A stretch of DNA of 28,265 bases from a virus. Taxonomy: Duplodnaviria; Caudoviricetes. The notes under the pieces were generated by a model that made no database searches, was not told where the DNA came from, and saw nothing but the letters and a program-made list of their open reading frames with translations. Made by a program: the position numbers and the translations under genes. The stretch lies in IMG/VR virus record IMGVR_UViG_3300027683_000017, positions 1-28,265 of that record; one strand, given 5' to 3'. This document shows positions 26,817 to 28,265 of this stretch, in pieces. How positions within the stretch are numbered: the first letter of the stretch is position 1; each line of letters starts with the position of its first letter.

Positions 26817-26882
26817 CTTTATCTATTTTTAAAACTTATACCTAAATATAACAAATAAATCCAATCAAACCAAACCCCCAAG

Positions 26883-27080
26883 TTAAAACACCCCACCATC
26901 AATTATAACCCTCTTCCTAACCTTATATTCTTCTAACCCCTCATAATAAACATTCCCTACTTTTACACTATCTATTTTATTAAAATAAACATAGTCAGAT
27001 GGATCTTCTCCTCTAATTACTACTTTTAAATTTTTATTTTCAACTTTCTCCAACATCCCAATCAATTCTTTAACTGTCAT
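26883..27080 (-). CDS. Hypothetical early protein (MTVKELI-type N-terminus), strongly C-depleted
   Basis: 65 aa; only 5 C on the coding strand; promoter core at 27106-27113. Confidence 0.7.
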   Translation of the reverse strand: MTVKELIGMLEKVENKNLKVVIRGEDPSDYVYFNKIDSVKVGNVYYEGLEEYKVRKRVIIDGGVF

Positions 27081-27131
27081 TTTTCTTATTTTTAAAACTT
27101 ATACCTAAATATAACAAATAATTTTTAATTA

Positions 27132-27452
27132 TTAAAATACCTTATACTTAAAACTTACTTTATAAACTTCTCCATCTTCAAACTTCCCATTTTCTACACT
27201 TCTCTTTACATTCCAAACATCCCCATTATATATTTCAATTTCAAAATTCTCCCATAAACTATTATTACTAATCTCCTCCATCATTTCTTCTATTTTAATT
27301 CCAATACTCCACATATCAAACCAATCTAACCCTACTTTATATTCTACCAAATCTCCTTCTTTATAATCCTTATAATCCCCATCCAAACTACTAAATACAT
27401 TTTCTAAAATATAATCAACAACCTTCAATTCTCCTTCTTTAAACTTCTTCAT
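27132..27452 (-). CDS. Acidic early protein encoded by a cytosine-free coding strand
   Basis: 106 aa with no Ala/Pro/Thr/Gln/His; no G on the + strand across the gene; promoter core at 27485-27492. Confidence 0.75.
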   Translation of the reverse strand: MKKFKEGELKVVDYILENVFSSLDGDYKDYKEGDLVEYKVGLDWFDMWSIGIKIEEMMEEISNNSLWENFEIEIYNGDVWNVKRSVENGKFEDGEVYKVSFKYKVF

Positions 27453-27527
27453 TTTATTTATTAATTATTTTAATTAATTATTATTAAATATAATAAATAA
27501 ATATTAATTAATAAAATTCTAAATTAA

Positions 27528-27755
27528 TTAATTAATTTCCTCTCCTTTAATATAAACACCAATCTTGGCTTCTTTATCATAAAAAGTGACCAAATTATTT
27601 TCAATATATTGTGTCAATTTAAGGCCCATTCCTTCCCAAGCTATTGTTTCAATTAAATTATTTAGACCTTCATAAGCTTTATCAAAGGTCAAAAAATATC
27701 TATTTTCAATTATTACCAAACCATCCTCTTCAACCCACAATTTAAATACTTCCAT
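27528..27755 (-). CDS. Hypothetical early protein
   Basis: 75 aa; promoter CTTG-N20-TATATTTA at 27793-27824. Confidence 0.7.
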   Translation of the reverse strand: MEVFKLWVEEDGLVIIENRYFLTFDKAYEGLNNLIETIAWEGMGLKLTQYIENNLVTFYDKEAKIGVYIKGEEIN

Positions 27756-27885
27756 TTTTCTTTTTTATTAATTATTTTTAATTAATTATTGCTAAATATA
27801 ACAATTTTTATCTAATAAAACAAGTATCTAAATTAAATTATCCACGTAGCGCCCTTACGCTAATGTGTGATTAATCAATCAGTTC

Positions 27886-28122
27886 AATAGCGAATTCGCC
27901 TGAGAGCATTTATTGAATAATAGTGAAAGTGCCTGGGAAATAGGCTATGTGCTAATTAATCATTAGCTTTACCCTTAGCATCACGAGCATGTTTTATTTT
28001 ATGATTCAATAATGAAAATGCCTCGAAAACAAAACAGTGATAGTAAGGAAAATTCCTGATCACCTGGTGATCAAAAACGAAAACGCCCGAGACAGAAGCA
28101 TAGTCAATAGTGAAAATGCCCG
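27886..28122. repeat. Six degenerate 17-bp direct repeats, consensus AATAGTGAAAATGCCYG
   Basis: Copies start at 27886, 27919, 28008, 28042, 28073, 28106 (spacings 33, 89, 34, 31, 33). Confidence 0.7.
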
Positions 28123-28265
28123 TAAAATTGAATAAATTGCTATTAATCTGTTTGGCTTTAGCTAACTTAAACCGATGCACTATCGACATTCTTATACGCA
28201 CTTTGGCGGGTCTGGCTGTGGTGTTTGGCTGTAAGCTTATTAATTAATAACGTTTTATTACGGTG

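Larger units (their letters stand above)
25449..27824 (-). repeat. Nine related promoter-leader repeats, one ahead of each small early gene
   Basis: + strand TAAATATA (minus TATATTTA) at 25461, 25687, 26014, 26297, 26517, 26843, 27106, 27485, 27793; TTTG/CTTG 19-20 nt upstream in six of them; shared TATAAG(A/T)TTTAA-type leader in the first seven. Confidence 0.85.

Noticed and set aside
1106-26858. Other short plus-strand ORFs (1106, 16139, 20999, 22257, 22274, 22989, 24271, 25845, 26661)
   Set aside because: Antisense shadows of better-supported minus-strand genes, with no recognisable motifs.
27886-28122. CRISPR array
   Set aside because: Repeats are about 17 bp and degenerate, with about 16-bp gaps and a 33-bp period, too short for repeat-spacer units; no cas genes in the window.
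27956-28201. 81-aa minus-strand ORF
   Set aside because: GTG start, no promoter of either class seen, and it overlies the phased repeats; probably not coding.

Overview
A 28.3-kb, AT-rich piece of a large myovirus-type tailed phage genome, with every credible gene on the minus strand. The host is inferred to be a Bacteroidota from TTTG-N19/20-TAnnTTTA promoters, no Shine-Dalgarno sequences and a lipoprotein with D-S-[T/V/L] sequons. Reading right to left (the direction of transcription): (1) a non-coding region with a 17-bp motif repeated about every 33 bp (27.85-28.26 kb); (2) an array of small early genes, each with its own near-duplicated host-type promoter (25.1-27.8 kb), ending in an AT-hook protein and a GNRA hairpin; (3) a palindrome-rich boundary; (4) an R-S-E ADP-ribosyltransferase-like gene, DUF932, a lipoprotein, three class-II tRNAs (Ser-TGA, Ser-GCT, Leu-TAG), HAD, RNase H-like, UVR-motif and HD proteins, and a T4 gp55-like sigma factor; (5) a baseplate/tail module with gp5-, gp25-, gp6- and gp7-like genes; (6) a GIY-YIG nuclease, primase, a PD-(D/E)XK nuclease and a truncated P-loop protein. 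The most striking observation is a 490-nt stretch (27077-27566) with no G on the + strand, so a complete 106-codon early gene and its promoter have no cytosine on the coding strand. Also notable are a two-class promoter cascade (host-type versus a short ATATTTAT late element), a shared MKLxxILxE N-terminus that may target proteins to the capsid, and an Alt-like ART. All family calls come from motif recognition by eye; no database search was run.
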